Assembly (NCBI GenBank): GCA_963776345.1
Contig: CAVZMH010000017.1
Coordinates: forward strand, 192,001-256,000
Source of the DNA: an uncultured delta proteobacterium
GTDB taxonomy: Bacteria > Myxococcota > Myxococcia > Myxococcales > Myxococcaceae
Direction: 5' to 3'
Length of the DNA: 64,000 bases
The notes under the pieces are model-generated. The model searched no databases, was not told the origin of the DNA, and saw only the letters and a program-made list of their open reading frames with translations. The position numbers and the translations under genes were made by a program. Shown piece by piece: positions 1 to 9,749 of the stretch; the stretch's first letter is position 1, and every line of letters starts with the position of its first letter.

Positions 1-398
1 ATCCCCTCGCCGATGAGACAGGGCGTGTTGGGCATGGCGCGGATGAGCGGGCTCTCGGGGAGCCAGCGGCGGATCTGCTCCAGGCGCACCCCCGCCGCCG
101 TGCTCACCACCAGCTTCCCCTTCAGCGCGGCCCGCATGTCGTCGGTGTCCAGCACCGTCGCCAGCTGCTGCGGCTTGAGGGACACCAGCACCGCGCTCGC
201 GTCCCGGGCGACCGAGACGTTGTCCACCGTGGCCCGGATGCCGTGCCGCTGGGCGAGCGCCTCGGCCGCCTCCGGCCGCCTCGTCGAGGCGACCAGCCGG
301 GCCGGAGCGAGCGAGCCCGAGCGAATCAGCCCGCGCACGATCGCCTCGCCCACCGTTCCACAACCCAGGACGCCCAGGGTACCGTCGTTGTCCAGCAT
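1..398 (-). CDS. proC: Pyrroline-5-carboxylate reductase (5' part; runs off window)
   Basis: Minus-strand translation from ATG at 398 gives MLDNDGTLGVLGCGTVGEAIVRGLIRSG...LVSLKPQ...VSTAAGV...IRAMPNTP, the ProC Rossmann and RxMPNTP motifs. It lies next to proBA. Not in the ORF track because it has no stop in the window. Confidence 0.9.
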   Translation of the reverse strand, partial: MLDNDGTLGVLGCGTVGEAIVRGLIRSGSLAPARLVASTRRPEAAEALAQRHGIRATVDNVSVARDASAVLVSLKPQQLATVLDTDDMRAALKGKLVVSTAAGVRLEQIRRWLPESPLIRAMPNTPCLIGEG

Positions 399-1566
399 GC
401 CCTCGGACCTAGCACAGCCTGGCACACGGCCTCCGCTCGGGGACGCGCAGCGCATCGTCGTCAAGCTGGGCACCCAGGTGGTGACCCACGACGGGCAGGC
501 GCTCGCCCTGGGGCGGCTGATGTCGCTGGTGGAGGAGATGGCCTTGCTCCGCCAGGAGGGCCGGCAGCTCCTCCTCGTCTCCAGCGGGGCGGTGGCCCTG
601 GGGATGAAGCAGCTCGGGCTGACCGAGCGGCCCCGCTCGCTCGGGCTCCGGCAGGCCTGCGCCGCGGTGGGACAGGGGCATCTGGTCGGGCTCTACACCT
701 CGGCCTTCGCCCAGTTTGGCGTCACCGCGGCCCAGGTGCTGCTGACCGAGAGCGACCTCGGGGACCGCGACCGGGCGCTCTGCGTGCGGACGACGCTCAT
801 GCGGTTGCTCGAGCTGCGCGCCGTTCCGGTGCTGAACGAGAACGACAGCGTGAGCATCCGCGAGCTGGTGGAGCACCGCCGGGCCCAGGGCGCCGCGACC
901 GGAGCGCCGGCGTTCGGCGACAACGATGGGCTGAGCGCACGGGTGGCCATCGGGGTCGACGCGGATCTCCTGGTCCTCCTCACCGACGTGGACGGGCTGT
1001 ACACCGCCGACCCGCGGACCGAGCCTGACGCAAGGCGCATCGACGTGCTCGACGCCGAGACCCCGCGGCTCGGCGCGGTGAGCGCCGCGGGCACCGGCGG
1101 GATGTCGAGCAAGCTCGAGGCGGCGCGGCTGGCGAGCCGGGCCGGAGTCACCGTGGTCATCGCCTCGGGCGCCGCGCCGAACGTGCTCCGGCGGCTCCTC
1201 TCGGGCGAGGCGGTGGGGACGTGCATTCCCCCCGCCGAGCGGCGCGCGGTCCGCCGCCAGCGCATCGCCCTCGCTCCCCACTCGGGCGCCCTGGTGGCGA
1301 ACGACGGGGCGCTCTCCGCGCTCGAGCGTGGCCGGGCCTCGCTCCTGCCCATCGGCGTGGTGGCGGTCGAGGGCGACTTCCGCGAGGGCGACGTGGTGGA
1401 GATCCGCGACGGCTCGGGTCGGGTCCGTGGCCGGGGCCTCGCGAACTACGACGCGCGCGCCTGCCTGGCGCTGCTCGGGCGGCACAGCGAGGAGATCGAG
1501 GACGTTCTCGGCTGGCGCGGCTACGACGCGCTCGTCACCCGCGACAACCTGGTGCTCGGGTCATGA
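397..1566 (+). CDS. proB: Glutamate 5-kinase with C-terminal PUA domain
   Basis: RIVVKLGT, LLVSSGAV, NENDSV, FGDNDGLSA, GTGGMSSK, SLLPIGV (PUA). The ATG at 397 is the closest canonical start upstream of the first motif. Confidence 0.95.
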   Translation: MPSDLAQPGTRPPLGDAQRIVVKLGTQVVTHDGQALALGRLMSLVEEMALLRQEGRQLLLVSSGAVALGMKQLGLTERPRSLGLRQACAAVGQGHLVGLYTSAFAQFGVTAAQVLLTESDLGDRDRALCVRTTLMRLLELRAVPVLNENDSVSIRELVEHRRAQGAATGAPAFGDNDGLSARVAIGVDADLLVLLTDVDGLYTADPRTEPDARRIDVLDAETPRLGAVSAAGTGGMSSKLEAARLASRAGVTVVIASGAAPNVLRRLLSGEAVGTCIPPAERRAVRRQRIALAPHSGALVANDGALSALERGRASLLPIGVVAVEGDFREGDVVEIRDGSGRVRGRGLANYDARACLALLGRHSEEIEDVLGWRGYDALVTRDNLVLGS

Positions 1567-2843
1567 GCGCGGTGACCGAGCGGGTGCAGCGGGCGGTCGA
1601 GGCCGGGGGTCGCCTCGCACGTGCGCCGGCGGCGGCGCGCACGAAGGCGCTCGAGGCGCTGGCGGCGGCCCTGGTGGACCCGGGAGTCCGCGCCCGGGTG
1701 CTGGAGGCCAACGTGCGCGACCTCACCGCGGCCGTGGGCCTCGCCTCGCCGCTGGTGAAGCGGCTGAAGCTGGATGCCTCGAAGCTGGAGACGCTGGCCG
1801 ATGGCGCACGGCAGCTCGCGGCACGGGCGGATCCGCTCGGCACCGTGCTCGCCCGGCGCAAGCTCGACGAGGGCCTGGTCCTGACGCAAGAAAGCTGCCC
1901 GCTGGGCGTCCTGGCGGTGGTGTTCGAGTCGCGGCCCGACGCGCTGGTGCAGATCGCCTCGCTCGCCCTCCGCTCCGGCAACGCGGTGCTGCTCAAGGGC
2001 GGGCGCGAGGCGGCGGAGTCGAACCGCGCGCTGGCCGAGGTGGTGCGCGGCGCCCTGGAGCGCGCGGGCCTGCCGCCGGACGCGGTGCAGCTGCTCGACG
2101 ACCGGTCCGAGGTGGAGGCGCTGCTCGGGCTGGAGAAGGGCGTCGACCTGGTCGTCGCGCGGGGCGGCAAGGAGTTCGTGGAGCACGTGCGCGCCCGGAG
2201 CCGCATCCCGGTGCTGGCCCACGCCGAGGGCGTCTGCCACGTGCTCCTCCACCGCTCGGCCGACCCGGCGAAGGCGGCCCGCATCGTGGTGGACAGCAAG
2301 TGCAGCTACCCCGCGGCGTGCAACGCGCTGGAGACGCTGCTCTGGGAGCCGGGGGCCGAGGCGGCGCTGGACGCGAGCCTGGCTGCGCTCCGGTCGGCGG
2401 GGGTCGAGCTCCGGGGAGACGCGGCCACCCGGGCCCGTCATCCGGACATGAAGGTCGCGACCGAGGCGGACTGGGATGCGGAGTACGGCGCGCTCGTCCT
2501 CGCCGTCGCGCGGGTGGACGACCTCGACGCCGCCCTGGCCCACATCGCGCGGCACGGCTCGCAGCACACCGAGGCCATCGTCGCCGAGGACCGCGCGGCC
2601 GCCGAGCGCTTCCTCGCCGAGGTGGACGCGGCCTGCGTCTTCCACGACGCGAGCACCCGGTTCGCCGACGGCTACCGCTTCGGCCTCGGCGGCGAGGTGG
2701 GCATCGGCACGGGGAAGCTGCACGCCCGTGGGCCGGTGGGCGTGGACGGGCTGCTCACCTTCCGCTGGCTGCTCCGCGGCTCGGGGCAGGTGAGCGCGGA
2801 CTACGGCCCGGGGATGAAGCCGTTCCTGCACGAGGAGCTCTGA
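1563..2843 (+). CDS. proA: Gamma-glutamyl phosphate reductase
   Basis: PLGVLAVVFESRP, LRSGNAVLLKGG, YPAACNALETLL, STRFADG, GKLHARGPVG. ATGA overlap with proB. Confidence 0.96.
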   Translation: MSAVTERVQRAVEAGGRLARAPAAARTKALEALAAALVDPGVRARVLEANVRDLTAAVGLASPLVKRLKLDASKLETLADGARQLAARADPLGTVLARRKLDEGLVLTQESCPLGVLAVVFESRPDALVQIASLALRSGNAVLLKGGREAAESNRALAEVVRGALERAGLPPDAVQLLDDRSEVEALLGLEKGVDLVVARGGKEFVEHVRARSRIPVLAHAEGVCHVLLHRSADPAKAARIVVDSKCSYPAACNALETLLWEPGAEAALDASLAALRSAGVELRGDAATRARHPDMKVATEADWDAEYGALVLAVARVDDLDAALAHIARHGSQHTEAIVAEDRAAAERFLAEVDAACVFHDASTRFADGYRFGLGGEVGIGTGKLHARGPVGVDGLLTFRWLLRGSGQVSADYGPGMKPFLHEEL

Positions 2844-2900
2844 GGGCGCTCGTCCCGGTTCGAGCCCGCGGCCGGCGGGCGGCGAGGGGTCGAATAGAAA

Positions 2901-2938
2901 GGAAACGCACCTGACTATTTCTGGGAAATCGTCAGGTG
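2901..2938. repeat. AT-rich palindromic intergenic repeat, copy 1
   Basis: ggaaacg-CACCTGACTATTTCTGGGAAATCGTCAGGTG forms a hairpin. A near-identical copy is at 18263-18300. Confidence 0.85.
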
Positions 2939-3037
2939 GCCCGGTGAAGGCCAGAGCCGTGCTTGCCCGTGCCTCGACGTCCGTCGGTCCGGACTCCCCT
3001 TCCTGCAGGCGGCATCCGACCGTCCGGGTCCTGGGCC

Positions 3038-3872
3038 TCAGCGCCGGAACTGGGCGGTGGTCCTCAGCGCGAACGGTACCGGCACGGGTCCTGACGTCAG
3101 CTGACCCTCGAGCGTGATGGGCACCGTGCCGCCCCGCACGATGGCCTGCGCCGCCTCGAACGCCCCCGCGAACGGGACGGTCAGCGGCAACGAGATCGAC
3201 CGCGACGTGCCGGGAGCGAGCGTCCCCAGGTCCTTCGCCGACACCTCGCCGACCCGGGCGCCGGCGATGCTCACCGCCGCCGCCAGCGCCTCCAGCGGCA
3301 CCGGGTAACCGCCCTTCGCGGTCAAGGTGACCGGCAGCTCCACCGTGGCCTGGTCGAGCGCCACCTTCGTCAGCCGCGGCGTCCCGAGCGCGATGCCCGG
3401 CATGTCCGGGAGCGAGAACGTCCCCTCGTGCGACAGGGGCAGCCGCACCACGCCGGCGGGCGTCTTCACCCCCACCGTGCCCTCCGCCTTGTACCCGGCG
3501 GCTTCCCTTCGCCAGCACCGTGGCCACCGCCTGCCCCAGGTCCGTGAAGCGGAACGTCGCCGGCAAGGTCACGTCGGCGCTGCCGTTGGCCGGGATCTCC
3601 AGCCCCTCCGGCGGCCGCCCGGTCGCGACGGGGTGCCCGTCGATGCTGAGCCGGTAGTCCAGCTCGGCGAGCGAGAGCCCGACCCCGTTCGGGTTGGTCA
3701 CGGTCGTCACCAGATTGAGCGTCGCCCCGCTGAGCGAGACGTCCGCCAGCGCCGCGCTCCTGAAGGCCAGCGTGGGCTTCTGGAACGCGCCGGCCGCGAG
3801 CTGCTCCAGCGTGGCGCAGGACGTCGTGGCGGCAGCGAGGACGAGCAGCAGGCGAGCAGGGAACCGGATCAC
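3038..3872 (-). CDS. LEA type 2 family lipoprotein, two LEA_2 domains (apparent +1 frameshift near 3500)
   Basis: Lipobox AATTSC and V-TNPN-(G/V)-L-L--LDY LEA_2 motif. The reading continues in another frame as YKAEGTVGVKTPAG...second domain, stop at 3038. Confidence 0.8.
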
Positions 3873-3957
3873 GAGAGGCCCAGCGTAATCAACGCCCCAA
3901 GCCCCTGTGGACAGGCCCGAACCCTCAAGGACTGGACGGGGCCTCCCCGGGGCTGCT

Positions 3958-3975
3958 ACCTACCGGTCGGTAGGA
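3958..3975. promoter_or_regulatory. Near-perfect palindromic operator, likely the TetR (AibR-like) autoregulatory site
   Basis: aCCTACCG-GT-CGGTAGGa, about 50 nt upstream of the TetR start and overlapping a TGcTACCTA -10-like element. Confidence 0.7.
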
Positions 3976-4024
3976 GAGTCCCGAGCGACCCCCACGCTGC
4001 GAGTGGTAACCTCGATGCACCCCC

Positions 4025-4624
4025 GTGAGACGCACCGACGACACCACCGCGAAGCACCGGGCCATCCTCGAGACCGCCGCGCGGCTCATCTGCAAGCAGG
4101 GCTACGAGGGGACCAGCATCCAGGAGATCGCGGATGGCTGCGGCCTGACCAAGGCCGGCCTCTACCACCACATCGAGAGCAAGGAGCAGCTGCTCGTCGA
4201 GATCATGAACTACGGGATGGACGTGTTCGAGGAGCGCGTCCTCTCCGAGGTGGAGCACATCCCGGACCCGGTGGAGCGCCTCAAGACCTGCATGGCGAAG
4301 AACATCCGGCTCGTCACCCGCGGGTGGAGCAAGGAAGTCACCATCATCCTCCACGAGCACGACACGCTCACCGGGAAGCCGCAGGCGCAGATCAACGCCC
4401 GGAAGAAGCGCTACGTGCGGTTCCTCGAGTCGTCCTTCGCCGAGGCCGTGGACCGGCAGCTCATCCGTCCCGTGGACCCGACCGTCGCCGCGTTCGCCTT
4501 CCTGGGGATGGTTCTCTGGATCTACAAGTGGTTCAAGCCGGGCGGGAAGCGCACCGACGACGAGATCGCCGCGGGCATGGTGGACCTCCTGTTCACGGGA
4601 CTGGTCCCCGCGCCGCGCTCCTGA
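4025..4624 (+). CDS. TetR/AcrR family regulator (AibR-like)
   Basis: ILETAARLICKQGYEGTSIQEIADGCGLTKAGLYHH HTH and a WIYKWF C-terminus. Directly upstream of HMG-CoA synthase, as in the myxobacterial aib operon. Confidence 0.9.
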   Translation: MRRTDDTTAKHRAILETAARLICKQGYEGTSIQEIADGCGLTKAGLYHHIESKEQLLVEIMNYGMDVFEERVLSEVEHIPDPVERLKTCMAKNIRLVTRGWSKEVTIILHEHDTLTGKPQAQINARKKRYVRFLESSFAEAVDRQLIRPVDPTVAAFAFLGMVLWIYKWFKPGGKRTDDEIAAGMVDLLFTGLVPAPRS

Positions 4625-4712
4625 GTCCGTTCACCCTGTCGTACGCAGACATCCCCTCCGGCTGGCCGGCCCGGAGGCGGACCGCTTCGAGTTGAGGGGA
4701 GAGAGACAACAC

Positions 4713-5957
4713 ATGAAGACGTCCGTGGGCATCGAGGCGCTCGCCGTGGCGCTGCCTCGTCGCACGCTTCACCTGGAGGACCTGGCGCGCGCCCGGGGCG
4801 TCGACCCCGCCAAGTACATCGCCGGCCTCGGCGTGCGTGAGATGGCGGTCACCGATCCCGGCGAGGACACCGTCGCCCTGGCCGCCACCGCGGCCCGCCG
4901 GCTGATCGAGGCGAACAGGATCGATCCGGCCTCGATCGGGATGCTCTCGGTGGGCACCGAGACCGGGGTGGACCACAGCAAGCCGGTGGCCTCGTTCGTC
5001 CAGGGGCTGGTCGGCCTTCCGCGGCACATGCGGGTGTTCGACGTCCAGCACGCCTGCTACGGCGGCACCGCGGCCCTGATGGCGGCGGCGGAGTGGATCG
5101 CCTCCGGCGTGGCCGGCGGCAAGTCGGCGCTGGTCATCTGCTCGGACATCGCCCGCTACGGGGTGAAGACCGCGGGCGAGCCCACCCAGGGCGCCGGGGC
5201 CGTGGCGATGCTGGTCTCGTCGCGTCCGGAGCTCCTCGCGCTCGACCTGGGCGTGAACGGCACCAGCAGCGCCCACGTGTTCGACTTCTGGCGTCCCCTG
5301 GGCCGCCGCGAGGCGGTGGTGGACGGCCACTACTCCATCGACTGCTACCTCGAGGCGCTGGCCGGCGCGTACCGCGACTGGCGGGGAAAGGCGGAGGCGC
5401 GGGAGATCGTCCGCCGCGGAGCGAGCTCGCTCCCCAGCGAGCAGCTCGCCGCCATCGGCTACCACGTGCCGTTCTGCAAGATGGCCAAGAAGGCCCACGC
5501 CCGGCTGCGGCGCTGCGACCTGGACGACGTGCTCGGCGCGTTCGACGAGGCACGCGAGGAGCGGGAGGGCGCGGCCAGTCACGAGCGCCAGGTCGCCGGG
5601 TCCCTGACCGTCTGCGCGCGGGTGGGCAACGTCTACACCGGGTCGCTCTACCTGGGCCTCGCCGGGATGCTGCACACCGGGGTCGCCGCGCTGGCCGGCA
5701 GGCGGATCGGCCTCTTCTCCTACGGTAGCGGCTGCGCCAGCGAGTTCTTCTCCGGCGTGGTGGGGAAGGCCGCCGCCGAGCGCATCGAGCGCGCGAAGCT
5801 GGACGAGGTGATCGGCTCCCGCGAGCGGGTGACGGTGGAGGAGTACGAGCGGCTGATGGCGCTGCCGCCCGAGACGCCGCCGGACATCCCCCCGGCGCCG
5901 GGCGGCTTCCGCTTCACCGGGATGAGCCACCACCGCCGGCAGTACGCCGCGGGCTGA
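4713..5957 (+). CDS. mvaS: Hydroxymethylglutaryl-CoA synthase
   Basis: VGTETGVDHSK, HACYGGT (catalytic Cys), EPTQGAGAVA, YHVPFCK, GNVYTGSLY, FSYGSG. Purine-rich RBS upstream. Confidence 0.95.
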   Translation: MKTSVGIEALAVALPRRTLHLEDLARARGVDPAKYIAGLGVREMAVTDPGEDTVALAATAARRLIEANRIDPASIGMLSVGTETGVDHSKPVASFVQGLVGLPRHMRVFDVQHACYGGTAALMAAAEWIASGVAGGKSALVICSDIARYGVKTAGEPTQGAGAVAMLVSSRPELLALDLGVNGTSSAHVFDFWRPLGRREAVVDGHYSIDCYLEALAGAYRDWRGKAEAREIVRRGASSLPSEQLAAIGYHVPFCKMAKKAHARLRRCDLDDVLGAFDEAREEREGAASHERQVAGSLTVCARVGNVYTGSLYLGLAGMLHTGVAALAGRRIGLFSYGSGCASEFFSGVVGKAAAERIERAKLDEVIGSRERVTVEEYERLMALPPETPPDIPPAPGGFRFTGMSHHRRQYAAG

Positions 5958-6088
5958 GCGACACAAGCGGCTTCATCCCGGAGATGTGAGGTCGAGCCGC
6001 GCGAGTTCGCCGCCGGAACGGCCATTCCCATTCGCGGACGCGACACCGGCGTTTGGTCCATTCGCTGCACGCCAGGGCCCAATCCCCG

Positions 6089-6104
6089 GGGCACTCCTCT
6101 TGCT
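6089..6104 (+). promoter_or_regulatory. Putative sigma-54 promoter (-24/-12)
   Basis: GGGCAC-tcctc-TTGCT is close to the TGGCAC-N5-TTGCW consensus and lies about 45 nt before ATG 6151. Confidence 0.6.
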
Positions 6105-6150
6105 CACGAGGCGATTCGCGGGTCTCCGTGTGCCCGCAGCGAGGGACCTC

Positions 6151-7321
6151 ATGAGGCGAATCAACGCAGGGACGAAGCTCGGACTCCTCTTGGTGGCGGC
6201 GGCCTCGAGCGGGGCCGTCTGGGCGGACGAAGTCGAGGCCCTGGGCCCGCCGCAACGTGGCGATCGTGGTCTACGACGGCGTGGAGATCCTCGACTTCGC
6301 CGGCCCGATGGAGGTCTTCACCGCCGCCGGGAACGGAGCCTTCCGGGTCTTCACCGTCGCCCCGACGCACGCCCCGGTGCTGAGCCAGGGCGTGCTGAGC
6401 ATCCGCCCGGACTTCTCGGTCGAGGACAGCCCAGCCCCGGACATCCTCGTCCTCCCCGGCGGGAACTCGCGCGGCTTCACCCGCAGCGAGGCCGGGATGG
6501 CATGGGTCCGCAAGGTCGCCGCCACGAACGAGCTCAGCATGTCGGTCTGCAGCGGCGCATTCATCCTCGCGAACCTGGGCCTCCTCGACGGGCGACCGGC
6601 GACGACGCACTGGGGCGCCGTCCCGCGGCTCCGGAGCGCCTTCCCCAAGGTGCAGGTGCAGACCGGCGTTCGCTTCGTCGACACCGGCCGCATCGTCACC
6701 ACCGCGGGCGTGTCCGCGGGCATCGACGGGGCCCTGCACGTGGTGCAGCGCCTCCTCGGCGACGACGTGGCCTGGGAGACCGCGCGGTACATGCAGTACG
6801 ACTCCTGGGAGCCGAAGGAGTCCGCCGCCCTGCCCGGGCCGGCCAGGGAGGCGCTCCGGGCGCTGGTCTTCCAGGACGGCGCGCGCGCGGTCGCGCTGCT
6901 CTCCGCCGTCGCGGCGAAGCATCCCAAGGATCCGCTCGCGCTCTCCCGGCTCGGCCGCGCACAGCTGCTCTTCGGGGCGCCCCGGGAGGGCATCGCCACG
7001 CTCGAGCGCGCGGTGGCGCTCGGAGACGCACGGCCCATCACCCTCGCCGCGCTCGGCGAGGCCCAGCTCGCCATCGACGCGAACGCCGCCGCCGAGCGCA
7101 CCTTCGCGCGGCTGCTCGAGGAGCGCGGCGCTCCACGCGATGCCTACCAGCTCGCCTCCGCCCAGGGCCGTCAGGGCAAGGTGGACGCGGCGCTCGAGTC
7201 GCTGGGCCGGGCCGTGACCCTGGGCTTCCACGACCAGGCGCTCGCGGACGGCGACGTGGATCTCCGCGCCGTGAGGAGCGATCCACGGTACGCGCGGCTG
7301 TTCGGCCGCACCGGCCAGTAG
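6151..7321 (+). CDS. Secreted DJ-1/PfpI family protein with C-terminal TPR region (frameshift near 6226)
   Basis: A signal peptide (MRRINAGTKLGLLLVAAASSGAVWA) is in one frame. NVAIVVYDGVEILDFAGP, SVCSGA, ATTHW, TTAGVSAGID and TPR-like helices follow in another frame. Confidence 0.8.
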
Positions 7322-7325
7322 GCGC

Positions 7326-7577
7326 TCACCGCCAATCGACGGGGGCGCTTCGTCTCGTCCGCCCGAGCTGCACCAGGGACCGGACGGCGACCACCGCCGC
7401 GGCGACCGCCAGCGCCGACCAGGTCGTCGACGCCGACAGCCGGAGCAGCCCGGCGCCGATCCAGAAGTCGAGCGCCAGCCCCAGCGCCGCGTGCCACCCG
7501 TGCACCGGCCCCGCGAGGAGCGCCAGCACCCCGGCGGCGGTCACCGCCAGCGCCGCCGCGTCGAGCACCTCGGTCAT
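7326..7577 (-). CDS. Small membrane protein, DUF1622-like
   Basis: MTEVLDAAALAVTAAG...LGLALDFWIGAGLLRL... is hydrophobic. ATGA overlap with the upstream DUF1622 gene. Confidence 0.65.
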   Translation of the reverse strand: MTEVLDAAALAVTAAGVLALLAGPVHGWHAALGLALDFWIGAGLLRLSASTTWSALAVAAAVVAVRSLVQLGRTRRSAPVDWR

Positions 7578-7939
7578 CCCGGGGCCTCCGGACCGAGCTG
7601 CCCCTGCTCCTCCTTCAGCTCGCGCCCGAGGAAGAAGTTCAGCCCCGTCCGGATCGCCGCCACCGCCGCCAGCTTGCCGATCTCCTCGAAGCTCGGGGCC
7701 ACCGCCGTCCGCAGCAGGTCCGAGGCGAGCTGGAACTCGAGCCCCAGCGCCAGGAACCGCCCCAGCCGCAAGCGGACCGCGGCCAGGGCCTTGGGCGCCG
7801 GCTGGAGCGCGGTCCGGAGGAATTGCAGGAAGCCGCGCACTGCCCCCCAGAAGATGACCAGCGCTCCGCCGGCCTCCACCAGCCGGACCAGGAGACCGAC
7901 GGCCTGGCGCAGCCACTCCTCGGGGATGAAATGCTCCAC
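7574..7939 (-). CDS. DUF1622 domain membrane protein
   Basis: RLRLGRFLALGLEFQLASDLLRTAVAPS...IRTGLNFFLGRE signature. Confidence 0.88.
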   Translation of the reverse strand: MEHFIPEEWLRQAVGLLVRLVEAGGALVIFWGAVRGFLQFLRTALQPAPKALAAVRLRLGRFLALGLEFQLASDLLRTAVAPSFEEIGKLAAVAAIRTGLNFFLGRELKEEQGQLGPEAPG

Positions 7940-7952
7940 GTCCGGTCGGCCG

Positions 7953-8454
7953 TCAGCCCTTTCGCCCGAAGAGGCCGGTCAGCGTGCCCTGGGCGAGCAC
8001 GTGGCCGCGGATCATGAAGCGAAAGCTGGCATAGGTCGTGGACGCGCCGGCGCCCTCGAGGCGCGGCACGTCGAGCGCCCACACGGTGAACTGGTACCGG
8101 TGCGGCGGGTCCCCGGGCGGAGGGGCCATGCCGCCGTACGCGCTCTCGCCGTAGTCGGTGAAGCCCAGCACGCTTCCCTTCGGCACCTTGCCCGGGGCGC
8201 CCGCGCCGGCCGGCAGGCTCGCGGAGCTCCGGGGGCAGGTTGAACAGGATCCAGTGGCTGTAGCCGACGCTGGTGGGCGCGTCGGGGTCGTAGCAGGTGA
8301 CCGCGAGGCTCCTCGTGCCCGGCGGCGGCGCATCCCATGCGAGGTCGGGGCTGATGTTCTGTCCTCCGGCTCCGCCATGGGCCGCGCTCAGCGGGATGGG
8401 CTTGCCCTCCGAGACCACGCTGCTCGAGATCTTGAGTTGAGCGGGACTGGCCAT
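7953..8454 (-). CDS. YbhB/YbcL Raf-kinase-inhibitor-like (PEBP) protein (+1 frameshift near 8220)
   Basis: NISPDLAW, YDPDAPTSVGYSHW, then after the shift YGGMAPPPGDPPHRYQFTVWALD. Confidence 0.85.
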
Positions 8455-8519
8455 GTCACATTCCTCCTCGCCCTCCACGGCGGAGGCGGCCATGCCACAC
8501 TACGCCTCCGGACCACCGC

Positions 8520-9616
8520 ATGCTCGCTCTCTCTCCTGCGCCTCCCGAGGTTCCCGGTCCGGACGGGTTGCCGCAGTTCGGCGCCTACGCCGGGGAGCTG
8601 GGGCCGGTCCACCTCGACCAGCTCGCGCCGCCGCACGCGCTCCCCGCCTGGGCGCGGCGGCTCCGCCGGAAGCGCTGGCACTACGCGCTCTACACCACGC
8701 CCGAGGTGGTGGCGGTGATGGCCATCGCCGAGATGGGCTACGCCTCGAACGCCTTCTTCGCCGCGGTGGACCTCCGGGAGAAGCAGCCGCTGATCGACGA
8801 CACGCTGCTCGGCCCTCCGGCGCCCCTGAGCGGCGTCTCCGACGCGATGTCACGCGGGCTCTCGGCCCGCTTCCGCGTCCCCGGGGCGCGGTTCCGATTC
8901 ACGCGGGGCGCGGACTCCGACCGGTACCGCCACTCGGTGGAGATCTCCGCACTCCGGCGGCCGAGGAGCGGCCGGGTGAAGTTCGAGGGCGAGGCGCGGG
9001 TGACCGGCGCTCCGCCGCCGCTCGCCCTGGTGGCGCCGGTTCCGGGAGGCCCGGGACGCGGAGCGGCGCCCTCGGCTCGGTGCTGCGGCGCGAGGGGGTG
9101 AACGTGACGCAGAAGTCCGTCGGCCTGCTCGCCTCGGGACGCCTCGAGGTCGGGCGGCGGCGGTACGCGCTCGACGGCGGGGTGGTGGGCCTCGACTCGA
9201 CCCACGGCTTCCTCGCCCGGCACACCCGCTGGCGCTGGGCGATGGGCTGCGGACGCCTCGAGGACGGCACGCCGCTCGGATTCAACCTGGTCGCGGCTTC
9301 AACGCGGTCGCTCCGGGGGCCGCGGGCGAGAACGTGCTCTTCCTCGGGCGATCAGCTCGAGCCGGTGGGCCCGGCGACGTTCCGCTTCAATGCGGCGGAC
9401 CCGCTGGACCCGTGGCAGGTGTCGACCGAGGACGGGGCGGTGCAGGTCAACTTCCGTCCGCTCCACGCCCATCGCGACGTGCGCGACCTGTTCGCGCTAC
9501 GGAGTCGCTTCATCCAGCCGCTCGGCTTCTTTGCGGGCACGTTGCGATTCCGGGGCCGGCAGATCGAGCTCACCGAGTTGCCGGGCGTCACGGAAGATCA
9601 GGACATGCTGTGGTGA
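8520..9616 (+). CDS. DUF2804 family protein (three apparent 1-nt indels near 9055, 9295, 9347)
   Basis: RRKRWHY, VNVTQK, GLDSTHGFLARHTRWRWA, GFNLV(AGFN)...EN, SRFIQPLGFF, GVTEDQDMLW, spread across frames. Confidence 0.75.
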
Positions 9617-9749
9617 GTGGTTCGAAATCCCCCCGGCGGGCGGCCTCGCGCTAGGGTGCGAGCCGCCGGTGCATGCGTTCCAGAGATTGGTGGCTTGCCG
9701 GCGTGGCCGCGCCCGGGGGCGGCGCCCTGAAATCCAAGGAGATTTGACA

